Source: Acetatifactor sp. (lineage in GTDB: Bacteria; Bacillota; Clostridia; Lachnospirales; Lachnospiraceae). Taken from it: DNA of 64,000 bases. Numbering within the stretch: position 1 is the first letter of the stretch; the number at the start of each line of letters is the position of its first letter. The notes under the pieces are model-generated. The model saw nothing but the letters and a program-made list of their open reading frames with translations. It had not been told where the DNA came from and ran no database searches. The stretch spans positions 18,263-82,262 of the forward strand of contig CAVFYJ010000002.1 in NCBI GenBank assembly GCA_963626545.1, in the 5' to 3' direction. A program made the position numbers and the translations under genes. This document shows, piece by piece, positions 39,601 through 49,444 of this stretch.

Positions 39601-40056
39601 TATTATCATCTGGGTCTGGCGCTGGAAGCACAGGGTAAGAGCGAGGAAGCAAAACAGTGTTTTGAAATCGCGACAGTTGGAACCGATGAACCGGCAGGTG
39701 CCATGTACTACAATGACCAGCCAGCCGATATGATTCTCTATCAGGGTCTTGCGTTTGAAAAATTAGGAAAGACAAGAGAGGCAAAATCACGTTTCTATCG
39801 ACTGATTGATTATGGTGAGCAGCACTTAAATGACGAGGGTAAGATCGAATATTTTGCTGTTTCCTTGCCAGATTTTCTGATCTTTGATGAGGACTACACA
39901 AAGAAGAATCGTGCGCATTGCTGCTATCTGATGGCACTTGGAAATATTGGCTTACAGAATCGCGAAAAGGCAGCAGAGTTTTTAAAGGATGCGCTTACCA
40001 TTGAGCCGTCTCATATGATGGCAACGCTGTATCAGAAATCATTGGAAGAAAAGTGA
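36622..40056 (+). CDS. DUF5107-type protein with C-terminal TPR repeats
   Basis: LENEYIKVMVLPELGGRI, WISGGIEFNWPQHH; TPR-like helices; next to GH2. Confidence 0.82.
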   Translation: MQKASVWAEKIMIPTYEIGEAEKNPIFLEKRVYQGSSGKVYPYPTIEKISDEKKDKEYTAVWLENEYIKVMVLPELGGRIQRAYDKTNGYDFVYYNHVIKPALVGLTGPWISGGIEFNWPQHHRPTTFLPVDYEIQENEDGSASVLCHDVDQMYGTKGLMRFTVYPGKAYIEIKGQLYNRTPLPQTFLWWANPAVPVNDNTQSIFPPDVHAVMDHGKRDVSRFPIATGVYYKKDYSEGVDISRYKNIPVPTSYMAEKSKYDFVGGYDYGKSAGILHVADHHVSPGKKQWTWGCGDFGKAWDRNLTDEDGPYVELMTGMFTDNQPDFTWLKPFEEKTFTQYFMPYKEVGQVKNASKEAAVHLSVAKAADGSDVAKVIVYATAAYENARIVLTHKGAVVLDERADISPVQIFEKTVALPEHTNGERLNEKLNEELKEELKAEEVKEEELKIEVFAQGRSLIAYQPEAEEIPTLPEPAKAAEEPSKIMTNEELYLTGQHIEQYRHATWRPDPYYLEGLKRDPSDIRINNAYGMLLMRRGLFEEAEPYFRTAIKRLTWKNPNPYNSEAYYLLGLDLCYQGRDDEAYDAFYKAAWSNEQQEMSFYYLAAIAAKKGQFETALEHVEKSLVKNSHNIKARGLKAWLFAKLGKAKAAACMLEDNLELDPFDFVSGFETIKEESDSEKKAQMLVQWNALMRDFQENYLMTARDYAQWGAYEDAISVLEQCTKQYPMLYYYAAFYEKKLGKTEETKKRLDKAEACAPDYCFPNKLDDIAVLTFAIGNGCTKKAPYYLGNLFYDKLQWKKSVALWEQSEAEDDTFSIVHRNLALAYYNKMGDAQAAKRELERAFDLNRKDARIFLELDQLYKKLDYSFETRLANYDKDPSLAESRDDLYIEYITLMNMCGEYERAYNCIMGRRFHPWEGGEGKVTTQYTIALLEMAKACLKKGKESQAEGKENQANAEGEKTAYEKAEELLRRALVYPENLGEGKLEGTKDNHLYYHLGLALEAQGKSEEAKQCFEIATVGTDEPAGAMYYNDQPADMILYQGLAFEKLGKTREAKSRFYRLIDYGEQHLNDEGKIEYFAVSLPDFLIFDEDYTKKNRAHCCYLMALGNIGLQNREKAAEFLKDALTIEPSHMMATLYQKSLEEK

Positions 40057-43040
40057 GGAACGCGATGAAAATAATTGATTTGACAACACAGCCCTGGCAG
40101 CTTACCCTGCCGGGGGAGAAAGAAGAAGTTTCTTCTAAGAAAATGGTGTACCTGCCTGGAACGCTTGATGAATTTGGCGTTGGTCACGCGGATCGACTTG
40201 ATAACTCCTGCCATCCAGACGAGGGCACTGCACAGAGCTTTGATGCAGACGTGATTGCGACACGCTTTACAAGAAAGCATACCTATGAGGGACCAGCCTA
40301 TTTTGAGCGGGACATTACCATTGCGCCAGCAGCGCAGTGCCGCACCTTTTTTGAGATTGAGCGCGCCAGATGTGTGCGCATTTCTCTCGATGGTGAAGAA
40401 ATTTCTGCATACGAGGAGCAGACAATCAGCACACCACATGTCTTTGAATTGACAGGGCATGAGGGCACACATCATCTTTGCGTAGAGTCGGATAACAGCT
40501 ATCCGGGACTGCCGCACGATGCAATCGTGTATTCATCGGCAGCAACAGATGAGACACAGACAAACTGGAACGGATTACTTGGCTATATTCGTCTTCGTGA
40601 AGAGAATTCGACCTTTTTCTCACAGGTACGTGTGTACCCCGAAAGAGAAGAAAACAAGTTGCGTGTAGAACTGGAAATAGACGCAAAGAAGCCGGATATG
40701 ACTGCTGAAAACGTGTATCCTCTTTCAATTTTGATAGAGAGTTCTGCATTAGAAGAACCGTATTATATGAGAATGGGCCTTTTCTATGGAAAAGATAAGT
40801 TATCCATTCATCCGAAGCTTTCAGAAGACGCACAAAAATGGGATGAGTATGAGCCTTATTTATATGATTTAAAGGCCACGATAAGAGTGCTTACAACGGA
40901 GGAATTTGAGGCAGAGGGAAACGAGTCGGTTATAGGAATCATCTTAGACGAAAAGACCGTTCGCTTTGGCATCCGTACCTTTGGCGATGACGGACAAGGT
41001 CATTTGGCATTAAATAGTAGACGTATTTTTCTTCGCAGTGAAGCAAACTGTGCCGAATTTCCGGAGACTGGATACATTCCGATGGAAGTGGACGCATGGA
41101 AAGCAATTTTGCAGACCTACAAGGATTATGGCATCAATATGGTGCGTTTTCATTCGCATTGTCCGCCGGAAGCTGCATTTACAGCTGCGGATGAGATGGG
41201 AATTCTCATGCAGCCAGAGCTTTCACACTGGGATCCAAAGCATGCATTTGAAGCGGATGAAAGCTACGAATATTATCAAAAGGAACTGCGTCAGATCATC
41301 AAAACGCTTGCCAATCATCCATCTTTTGTCATGCTGACATTTGGAAATGAGCTACATTGCGGTGCGCTTGGCACGAGCAGAATGCATCAGATGATACAGG
41401 CAGCGAAAAAACAGGATCCGACAAGACTTTATGCGAATGCGTCAAATGCACATTATGGAAATGAAGGCTGCGATGAGGAAAGTGATTTCTACGCATCACA
41501 GAGCTTCTATAATGATCGAATCCGCGGAACACTTGCAGGAAATCCGGAGACGCATGAGGAGGCGGCAGCAGTTGAAGCGTATGAGAAGGCACATGGAAAG
41601 CTGGCAAAGGTCAACATTAAGGGTTACATTAACAACCAGTATCCGAATGCGAAGACAAATTTTGATGATACCTTGAGAAAGATTCGTGAGCAGTACAAAA
41701 AGCCAGTATTTAGTTTTGAGGTTGGTCAGTTTGAGGTGCTTCCAGACTTTGATGAGTTAGCGCATTTTAGGGGCATTTCCGATCCGGCAAATTACAGACG
41801 CATTCAGCGCATGGTTCGCGAGAAAGGCTTAGAGTCCGTGTGGAAGCAGTATGTTGAGGCAACAGGTGAGCTGTCAAGGCTGTGTTACCGCGAGGAAATC
41901 GAGGCGGCAATGCGCACCAAAGAATTATCTGGCATTTCACTTTTGGGACTACAGGATTTTCCAGGACAGGGAACCGCTCTTGTCGGAATGCTTGATTCGC
42001 ATTTGGAGCCAAAGCCATTTGACTTTGCAAAGCCAGAACATTTTCATGCATTTTTCCGTGAACAGCTTCCGCTTGTCGGCCTCGAAAAGTATACCTATGA
42101 GGAGGGCGAGACACTTCGTGCCAAGGTGCAGCTTGCCAATTATGGAAAGACAGACTGCGAGGGAGAGCCACAGTGGACTTTGTGGGTATATACACAAAAT
42201 GGAACAAAGATTGCTGTAAAGAGTGGCCGAATGAGCGCTGTTTCATGCCCGAAGGGAACACTTAGCGAAGCGGGAACACTGGAGATTCAACTGTGCGATC
42301 TGGCGAATACAAATGAATTAAATTTGAACAAATTAAATCCGAACGGACTGAATGAAACTGGAAATGGAACGAACTGGAAAGAACGAAATAGTACTAGTAC
42401 GATTCCAACTCCGCTTCGCTGTGAGCTTACCGTGCAGATTGCAGAGGCAGTCAATTCCTATCCAATTTGGATTTATAAGAAAGAACTGCCAACGTGCCCG
42501 GATCATGTTTATAAGACAACGGTATTGGATGCACAGGCAAAGCAGGTGTTTGAAAATGGTGGTATCGTGTATTATTCACCAAAGTCCGAGGAAACTTCCT
42601 TCCACAATTCGATTCGTGCGCAGTTCTCAACAGACTTCTGGTCAGTTGGAACCTTTGGCAGACAGGAAGGGGCAATGGGACAGCTGATTCAAAAGGATCA
42701 TCCATTGTTTAAGGAGTTTCCAACGGAGAGCCACACAAACTGGCAGTGGTGGCCGATGGCAAACCAGAGAGCGGTTGTATTGCCAGAGACAGTAGGTCTT
42801 GGAAAATCCTTTGACGCGATTATCACAGAGATGGACAGCTATGCATTTTTAAGACCGATGGCACAGCTGTTTGAGTGCCGTGTCGGAAATGGAAAACTTC
42901 TTTATTCCACGCTTGGCTTGCAGGATTTGCAGCAGTATCCAGAAGGAAGAGCGTTACTTCGTGCAATTTATAAATATTTGGATTCCGATGCATTTGCACC
43001 AATGCAGAGCATGGAGTGGGAGACGGTTGTAAGCTTGTAA
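40053..43040 (+). CDS. Glycoside hydrolase family 2 protein
   Basis: FGIRT, GINMVRFHSHCPP, NHPSFVMLTFGNE, FEVGQF. Confidence 0.85.
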   Translation: MRNAMKIIDLTTQPWQLTLPGEKEEVSSKKMVYLPGTLDEFGVGHADRLDNSCHPDEGTAQSFDADVIATRFTRKHTYEGPAYFERDITIAPAAQCRTFFEIERARCVRISLDGEEISAYEEQTISTPHVFELTGHEGTHHLCVESDNSYPGLPHDAIVYSSAATDETQTNWNGLLGYIRLREENSTFFSQVRVYPEREENKLRVELEIDAKKPDMTAENVYPLSILIESSALEEPYYMRMGLFYGKDKLSIHPKLSEDAQKWDEYEPYLYDLKATIRVLTTEEFEAEGNESVIGIILDEKTVRFGIRTFGDDGQGHLALNSRRIFLRSEANCAEFPETGYIPMEVDAWKAILQTYKDYGINMVRFHSHCPPEAAFTAADEMGILMQPELSHWDPKHAFEADESYEYYQKELRQIIKTLANHPSFVMLTFGNELHCGALGTSRMHQMIQAAKKQDPTRLYANASNAHYGNEGCDEESDFYASQSFYNDRIRGTLAGNPETHEEAAAVEAYEKAHGKLAKVNIKGYINNQYPNAKTNFDDTLRKIREQYKKPVFSFEVGQFEVLPDFDELAHFRGISDPANYRRIQRMVREKGLESVWKQYVEATGELSRLCYREEIEAAMRTKELSGISLLGLQDFPGQGTALVGMLDSHLEPKPFDFAKPEHFHAFFREQLPLVGLEKYTYEEGETLRAKVQLANYGKTDCEGEPQWTLWVYTQNGTKIAVKSGRMSAVSCPKGTLSEAGTLEIQLCDLANTNELNLNKLNPNGLNETGNGTNWKERNSTSTIPTPLRCELTVQIAEAVNSYPIWIYKKELPTCPDHVYKTTVLDAQAKQVFENGGIVYYSPKSEETSFHNSIRAQFSTDFWSVGTFGRQEGAMGQLIQKDHPLFKEFPTESHTNWQWWPMANQRAVVLPETVGLGKSFDAIITEMDSYAFLRPMAQLFECRVGNGKLLYSTLGLQDLQQYPEGRALLRAIYKYLDSDAFAPMQSMEWETVVSL

Positions 43041-43237
43041 GTATTTAACATGGAAAACGGCTATTGGAGGCGGGAAATAAGCCGCCTTCAGTGGCTTATT
43101 TGACTTACAAAACCAGTGCGTCTAAGGAAGAACAACATTGTTAAAAACCCTTAGACACACTGGTATTTTATTTGTGGATGTGGTATGATAGATGAAGTCA
43201 GAAAAAAACCATATTCGAAAAATTGGAGGAAAAAACA

Positions 43238-44524
43238 GTGAGTGATTATACCTTAAATACAAAGTGCGTGCAGGCGGGCTATACGCCGGGAAACGGAGAG
43301 CCGCGCCAGATTCCGATCATTCAGTCTACGACATTTAAATATGATACCAGTGAGGACATGGGAAAATTATTTGATCTGGAGGCATCCGGCTATTTCTACA
43401 GTCGTCTTCAGAATCCAACAAACGATTATGTAGCAGCAAAGATCGCTGAGTTAGAGGGCGGTACCGCAGCAATGTTGACTTCATCCGGTCAGGCAGCAAA
43501 CTTCTTTGCATTATTTAATATTTGCGAATGCGGTAGCCACATCGTAGCTTCCTCATCCATCTATGGCGGAACCTATAACCTGATCGCCGTAACACTGGCA
43601 AAGATGGGCATTCATGCGACCTTTGTTTCTCCAGACTGCACCGAGGAAGAGTTAAACGCAGCGTTCACCGAAGATACCAGAGCAGTATTTGGTGAGACCA
43701 TCGCAAATCCGGCGCTGACGGTTCTTGATATTGAGAAATTTGCAAAGGCAGCGCATGCTCATGGCGTTCCGTTAATCGTGGATAACACCTTCCCGACACC
43801 GGTAAACTGCCGTCCGATCGAGTGGGGCGCTGATATCGTAACGCATTCCACCACAAAATATATGGATGGTCATGGTGCAGCACTCGGTGGCGCAATTGTA
43901 GATGGCGGTCATTTTGACTGGATGGCACACGCAGACAAGTTCTCAGGTCTGTGCACACCAGATGAGTCTTATCATGGAATCACCTACGCAGAGAAGTTTG
44001 GCATGGGCGGTGCCTTTATCACAAAGTGTACCTCTCAGCTGATGCGTGACCTTGGCTGCATGCAGTCTCCGCAGAATGCATTTATCTTAAATCTTGGCCT
44101 TGAATCCTTACATGTAAGAATGCCGCGCCACGTTGAGAATGGACAGGCCGTAGCAGAGTTTTTACAGGCACAGCCGCAGGTTGCCTATGTCAATTATCCG
44201 GGTCTGCCGACAGATAAGTATCATGAGATTGCAAAGAAGTATCTTCCAAACGGCGGATGTGGTGTTGTTTCCTTCGAGTTAAAGGGTGGTCGTGCTGCGG
44301 CAGAGACCTTCATGAAGCATTTAAAGCTTGCAGCAATCGAGACACATGTTGCGGATGCACGTACCTGCTGCTTAAACCCAGCAACATCCACACATCGTCA
44401 GATGAATGATGAACAGCTTGCAGCGGCTGGTGTTCCGGCAGGACTCGTTCGTATTTCTTGTGGATTGGAAGATAAGAAGGATTTGATCGCAGATTTGGCA
44501 CAGGCACTAGCAGCAATCGAGTAA
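43238..44524 (+). CDS. metY: O-acetylhomoserine aminocarboxypropyltransferase/sulfhydrylase (start GTG 43238)
   Basis: YSRLQNPT, SGQAA, DNTF, HSTTKYMDGHG PLP motif. Confidence 0.9.
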   Translation: MSDYTLNTKCVQAGYTPGNGEPRQIPIIQSTTFKYDTSEDMGKLFDLEASGYFYSRLQNPTNDYVAAKIAELEGGTAAMLTSSGQAANFFALFNICECGSHIVASSSIYGGTYNLIAVTLAKMGIHATFVSPDCTEEELNAAFTEDTRAVFGETIANPALTVLDIEKFAKAAHAHGVPLIVDNTFPTPVNCRPIEWGADIVTHSTTKYMDGHGAALGGAIVDGGHFDWMAHADKFSGLCTPDESYHGITYAEKFGMGGAFITKCTSQLMRDLGCMQSPQNAFILNLGLESLHVRMPRHVENGQAVAEFLQAQPQVAYVNYPGLPTDKYHEIAKKYLPNGGCGVVSFELKGGRAAAETFMKHLKLAAIETHVADARTCCLNPATSTHRQMNDEQLAAAGVPAGLVRISCGLEDKKDLIADLAQALAAIE

Positions 44525-44640
44525 GAAATTTATAGGGTGACAAAAAATGGAGGCTCATTTTTTATTTGTAATGAATGTAACGGGGATACGGATGAAAAAA
44601 GAGGGCATACATCGAAGTGATGTGTGCCCTTTTTGACTTT

Positions 44641-45873
44641 TTATTCGTTTAAGCCTGCTGCTTCTTGCAACGCTTTCTGTACGGCATTTTTGATTCCGTT
44701 TGAGCTGTAGGTCGCACCGGAAACGGCATCGACCTCGGTGTTTTGTGCTTCAAGAATTTCCGAAACAACCTTATTTTTGCACTTGTCGAAATACCACAGG
44801 TCACTTTCTGTACTGCTGCAGGAAATATCGGTGATTTTTCCACCCTCAATGGTGACAGTTACTTTTACAGTGCCATCATAGCCTGCGGCTTTTGCCTCGT
44901 AAACACCATCGGTAAGAGTAGAATCCGAATTGTCAGAACCTTCAGAATCTTCTTTTGAAATTGTCTCGGAGTCCGTTGACAGTTCTGTTTCAGAGGCAGC
45001 ATTTGAACTACTTTTTGAAGCAGTTGTTGCCGATTCAGATCCTATTTCTGTATTTTCAATCGTTTCAAGTGTTTCAGTCGCTTCTGTATTTTGAGCGTTA
45101 TCAGTCGCCGTATCCTTAGGCTTTGCAGCTACACAAACAATTGCTAGAATCACAGCAAACAGTACAGCGCAAGCAGCGGTAATTTCGCGCTTATGACTTG
45201 GCTTTTTCTTTAGAAAATACCATTTGCGGATGCGGCAGATGGCGTATCCAAAGAAAATGGCGGTGTAAACGAGTACAGAAAAGTAGTAGCCATCCCTGCC
45301 ATTCTGGGCGAGCGGAAGAAATAACAGCATAATGTGGATGTAAAGCAGCGCATAAAACAGATAGGCAAAGCGCTGGATTTGCTTCCACTTTTTTGCTTTC
45401 ATGCGCTTGCGAATCTTCGGAAAAGAAAGAATCGTGAGCGGAATCATGATTGCAAGAAGAACGAGGGTAATGATACATGCGGCAAGCTGATTGGCAGGAA
45501 GCGAGGCTGCGTCGGTGAAGAAACGAATAAAGTAGGTTCTTCCGTAGCCAATGTTATGACCGAGTGTCAGCATGGCAGCGAAAATGGAAAGCTCACCGCG
45601 TACCGGCATCAAGCGCTTAATTAGCTTGGAACCATTCGAAAACGCGCCTGTCCACATGACAATACACCAAAGCGCACAGGCAAGTGCACCGCGGCGAAAC
45701 AGATCAAGAACAAATGTGACAGATTCAGGCAGATCTCGTGAAAATGGAAACAGTGAGACAAAAAGCGTTAGCACAAGCGCACCGATGTACCACGGATATG
45801 GATGACGTTTGATCGTGGATTTTGCAGTCAGTGCAAAGATCGCTGCGATGATCAGTGAAAAAAGAAATAGCAT
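44641..45873 (-). CDS. Ferric-reductase/MsrQ-like membrane domain fused to FMN-binding (flavinylated) domain
   Basis: RGELSI, LGHN, WKQIQRFAY, YIH heme-type motifs; C-terminal GYDG...VDAVSGATYSS. Confidence 0.85.
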   Translation of the reverse strand: MLFLFSLIIAAIFALTAKSTIKRHPYPWYIGALVLTLFVSLFPFSRDLPESVTFVLDLFRRGALACALWCIVMWTGAFSNGSKLIKRLMPVRGELSIFAAMLTLGHNIGYGRTYFIRFFTDAASLPANQLAACIITLVLLAIMIPLTILSFPKIRKRMKAKKWKQIQRFAYLFYALLYIHIMLLFLPLAQNGRDGYYFSVLVYTAIFFGYAICRIRKWYFLKKKPSHKREITAACAVLFAVILAIVCVAAKPKDTATDNAQNTEATETLETIENTEIGSESATTASKSSSNAASETELSTDSETISKEDSEGSDNSDSTLTDGVYEAKAAGYDGTVKVTVTIEGGKITDISCSSTESDLWYFDKCKNKVVSEILEAQNTEVDAVSGATYSSNGIKNAVQKALQEAAGLNE

Positions 45874-46002
45874 AGATACTTAATTACCTCCATTTGTACA
45901 ATTTATGTAAGTTATGTGAGAAAGAATAGAGTCAGTGTAGCATAAGAAAAAACACATCACAAGCAAACAAAAGGCAGAAAAAAGACGAAAAAAAGGCAAC
46001 GA

Positions 46003-46205
46003 GTTCGGGTAAACTAACAAGAAATAGACAAACAGAAAGAAAGGCAGTCTGCAAGAAAGAAGAAAAATACTTAAAATTTGTTAGAAATAGCTAACTACAG
46101 TTCAGAATAAAAACCATAAAAAACATCAAATTGCCGTTTTTAAATAAATGACTTTTTTTCTCAAAAAATGGGTTGATTTTTTAAAATGAGTTAGATTATA
46201 CTAAC
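46003..46205. promoter_or_regulatory. Three GTTAG-N6-CTAAC palindromes (DtxR/MntR/SirR-like boxes)
   Basis: 46003-46018 (1 mismatch), 46080-46095, 46190-46205; last overlaps -10 TATACT. Confidence 0.7.
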
Positions 46206-46296
46206 CAATACATGGCAGTCAAGGTTGCATCGGAATCTTTTGGGGGATTGGTTCAAGAGCAGATTAGACGCCTGGTAGGAAGGAGAAAAGAAAATT

Positions 46297-47814
46297 ATGA
46301 GAACAAGAATGGTATTGGCTGTGCTGGCGGCAAGTACATTAGCAGCAGGAAATATGAGTGCTTTTGGCAGCATTCTGAAGAGTGAAAGTGCACCGGCAAC
46401 AAGTGAAGCTGAAACGGAAGGTGCTTCTGATGCAGAGGAGCAGGCTCCGGCAGTAAGCATTGAGACAAGCGAGTACTATTTTGGAAAAATTGATGTTCCG
46501 TATGCAGATTTCTATTATGGCGAGATCAATAAGGTACAGCCAGAGGCACTTGAGGATGCAGCAGCCGGACAGTATGATGTTGAGGATAAGGTGACAGCAG
46601 CTGGTCTTCGTGAAGAAGGAATTTATGATTCTGTTACATCTGCAACAAGCCAGAAGTCTCAGCGCTTTGAGAAGAGCTATTTTGAGCAGAATGGCGATGG
46701 AACTGATATTTTAGGACCGTCTGGCGTAAATGTGGCTATTCCGAAGACTCTGTATGATGATGTAAAGGCAGCAATCGAAGCTGGTACGGAGTGCAGCAAT
46801 CCACTTGTTAATTTTGTATCCGCTCTTGAAGAAGTTTCCGAAGAGGTTCCAGCTGAATATAAGGTAATTAATTCGGATGGTACCTTAAGCCAGACAATTG
46901 GAACGACTACAGAGGCAGAAAATGTAGAAGTTTCCTTTGCAACCGTTTCCACATGGGGCAATTATCAGATTGACTTTGAAGGCCTTGAGATTGAATCTGC
47001 TGATATTCAGGGTGCACTTCTTGAAACATCCGATGGAGAAGTTTATGGCCTTGAGCATCTGGATAATCTGTGGCTGCGCGCAAATGAGATTGCATTTGCG
47101 GCAGAGGAGATGACTGAGCCACACGGAAATACACCATCTTGGCAGCGTTTTGCAGATATTCAGGGAAAGACCATCACAAAGGTAACTTATATGCTGGCAG
47201 ATCAGGATGATATTTCGATTGAGACGGATCTGTACTGCAAGGAATTGCTTGGTGAGGAATACTCAATTACATTGGATGAAAGCGTTACTTATCAGAAGGA
47301 TGGCACTGCCGTTAATATTACATATACCATTCCAGAAGACAGCAGCTACAGTGTAGAATCAGTTGCAGCAGGACGTACTGCTGTGGAGGACGGACTTTAC
47401 AGTGTAGATGGAAATGTTCTTACTCTGAGTGGTGAGTTAAAGCCGGGCAGCTACACCGTTACCTTCTCCGATGATAAGTATGCAAGCAAGAAGGCAAGTA
47501 CATTGGTTGAGTCTGGTCTGGAGGACGGCAGTGTTTCGATTGAAAATAATGCCGTTGTAATCGCAGACAACGAGCAGGGACTGACTGGTGCAGATTATGT
47601 TGCACAGGTAACAAGTGTTACGGTAAACGGTGAGCCGGTAAGTGGAAAAGGAATTGCTTCTATTGTATTTAATGAGGATGGAAGTGTAAATCTGGATGCT
47701 GAAATCGAGAGCCAGGACGGAAATGTCAAGGTGTTTGATGGAAGTGATTCTTATGAGATTGAGCTGGAAGCAACTGGTTATCCTTCTGTAAAGGGAACCG
47801 TAAACGCACAGTAA
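46297..47814 (+). CDS. Secreted acidic Tp47-domain-like protein, candidate flavinylation substrate
   Basis: Signal peptide; PYADFYYGE, YDSVTSAT, YGLEHLDNLW, EPHGN motifs; upstream of apbE. Confidence 0.65.
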   Translation: MRTRMVLAVLAASTLAAGNMSAFGSILKSESAPATSEAETEGASDAEEQAPAVSIETSEYYFGKIDVPYADFYYGEINKVQPEALEDAAAGQYDVEDKVTAAGLREEGIYDSVTSATSQKSQRFEKSYFEQNGDGTDILGPSGVNVAIPKTLYDDVKAAIEAGTECSNPLVNFVSALEEVSEEVPAEYKVINSDGTLSQTIGTTTEAENVEVSFATVSTWGNYQIDFEGLEIESADIQGALLETSDGEVYGLEHLDNLWLRANEIAFAAEEMTEPHGNTPSWQRFADIQGKTITKVTYMLADQDDISIETDLYCKELLGEEYSITLDESVTYQKDGTAVNITYTIPEDSSYSVESVAAGRTAVEDGLYSVDGNVLTLSGELKPGSYTVTFSDDKYASKKASTLVESGLEDGSVSIENNAVVIADNEQGLTGADYVAQVTSVTVNGEPVSGKGIASIVFNEDGSVNLDAEIESQDGNVKVFDGSDSYEIELEATGYPSVKGTVNAQ

Positions 47815-47959
47815 AATTATTGTGAGCGGTAACAAATGAATCGTGAATAGTAAACGAAAAGGCTGGCTGCCATATTGACTCGTAGCCGGCCTTTTTGTAC
47901 AATGTAGATCGGTGATCAATGAGAGGAACTGGTGACCAATAAGAGAAGGGAAATTTTAC

Positions 47960-49060
47960 ATGAATCGAAAGAAAATTGTAGAAATAACAGTGAAAACAAC
48001 GATAAATGGAATACAAAAGATTGTAATCGGTGTGGCGGGCGTCAGCCTTTTTGGTGTGATGTTCGCTACAGCCTGTTCAGGTACTTGGGCAGCGGCGCTG
48101 GATGATAGTGAGAGCATAACCGATACCGCGATGGGAACCGATTGCAGCGTGCGTGTGTTTGGTGCAAAAGGGGCTGCGAAGGACATTATGGACATGTTGT
48201 CCGATATTGAAAGTAATTATCTGTCCTGGCGCATTGAGGGAAGCGACATTGCCAAGATCAATGAAAATGCGTCAGAAGACGAGTTGGTTACGCCATCGGA
48301 ATGGACATACGATTATCTGGAAAAGGTGCTTGGTCTTGCAAAAGAAAGTGATGGTGCATTTGACCCAACATTAGGCCGCCTGTCTCAGCTTTGGAATCTG
48401 GGGACGGACAACCCATATATTCCGAAAAAATCCGAGGTGACAGAGCTTCTTTCGGAGACTGGTTGGGAGAAAATCACGCTGGATGATGGCGATGTATATT
48501 TAAAGGATGGCGTGCAAATTGATCTGGGTGCTGTGGGAAAAGGAATCGGATGCGATGAAGCACTCAAACTGTTAGAGGAGACAGAGGCTGATGCAGCAGT
48601 CGTAGCGGTCGGAGGCAGTATTTTAACTTATGGAGACAAGCCGGATGGAAAGCCATGGAAGGTCGGCATTGCCAATCCGCGCACCGAGGACGGCGAGGCA
48701 TATCTGGGCGCACTCACAATCGAGGGAACACGCAGCATTTCCACATCAGGCGATTATGAGAAATATGTCATTCAGGATGGTGTGCGCTATCACCACATTT
48801 TAGATCCTAAGACGGGTTATCCGGCAGAGAGTGGGTTAATTTCCGTCACAATTGTCTGCGAGGACGGATGGCTCAGCGATGGTCTTTCTACGGCATGCTT
48901 TGTGCTTGGCTATGAGGACAGTTTATCGCTGTTAGAGGCGTATCAGGCAGAGGCGGTGTTTGTCACCGAGGATAAAAAAGTGCTTGTGACAGATGGCTTG
49001 AAGGATTTGTTTACACTGACCGATTCCTCATATGAGCAGGTGGAAGAGGAAGAAGAATGA
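47960..49060 (+). CDS. apbE: FAD:protein FMN transferase
   Basis: AMGT, GAFDPT, IDLGAVGKG, STSGDYE, HHILDPKTGYP, SDGLSTA. Confidence 0.93.
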   Translation: MNRKKIVEITVKTTINGIQKIVIGVAGVSLFGVMFATACSGTWAAALDDSESITDTAMGTDCSVRVFGAKGAAKDIMDMLSDIESNYLSWRIEGSDIAKINENASEDELVTPSEWTYDYLEKVLGLAKESDGAFDPTLGRLSQLWNLGTDNPYIPKKSEVTELLSETGWEKITLDDGDVYLKDGVQIDLGAVGKGIGCDEALKLLEETEADAAVVAVGGSILTYGDKPDGKPWKVGIANPRTEDGEAYLGALTIEGTRSISTSGDYEKYVIQDGVRYHHILDPKTGYPAESGLISVTIVCEDGWLSDGLSTACFVLGYEDSLSLLEAYQAEAVFVTEDKKVLVTDGLKDLFTLTDSSYEQVEEEEE

Positions 49061-49440
49061 GAGAAAAGAAACGTGCAATTATCGTTGCCTTGGTACTAGG
49101 TCTTATTTTTCTGGCATCTGTGATCTGGACGGCGCATCAGTTTTTGGCAAAGCCTGAATCGGTGAGTGCTGCAATTTACCAAAACGGCACATTGATTAAA
49201 ACAATCTCCACCGATCACGAGGAGACCTTTCGAATTGAGGAAGGCGAAAACTGGAATGAGATTACCGTGGACAAAGATGGAATCCATGTGAGCGGAGCGA
49301 GCTGCCCGGATAAGATCTGTATGCATACGGTGTGGAAAGGAACGGGTTCCCTTCCAATTGTGTGTCTGCCAAACCATCTTGTGATTACGGCGGCACCAGA
49401 CGAGGATGCGGATGATGGTTTTGATGTGTTGACATACTAG
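49057..49440 (+). CDS. NusG domain II-containing protein
   Basis: ASCPDKICM...IVCLPNHLVI; N-terminal TM. Confidence 0.85.
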   Translation: MREKKRAIIVALVLGLIFLASVIWTAHQFLAKPESVSAAIYQNGTLIKTISTDHEETFRIEEGENWNEITVDKDGIHVSGASCPDKICMHTVWKGTGSLPIVCLPNHLVITAAPDEDADDGFDVLTY

Positions 49441-49444
49441 GAAT

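Noticed and set aside
43041..43237. SAM riboswitch or T-box upstream of metY
   Set aside because: Only two simple hairpins seen; no S-box or T-box consensus motifs
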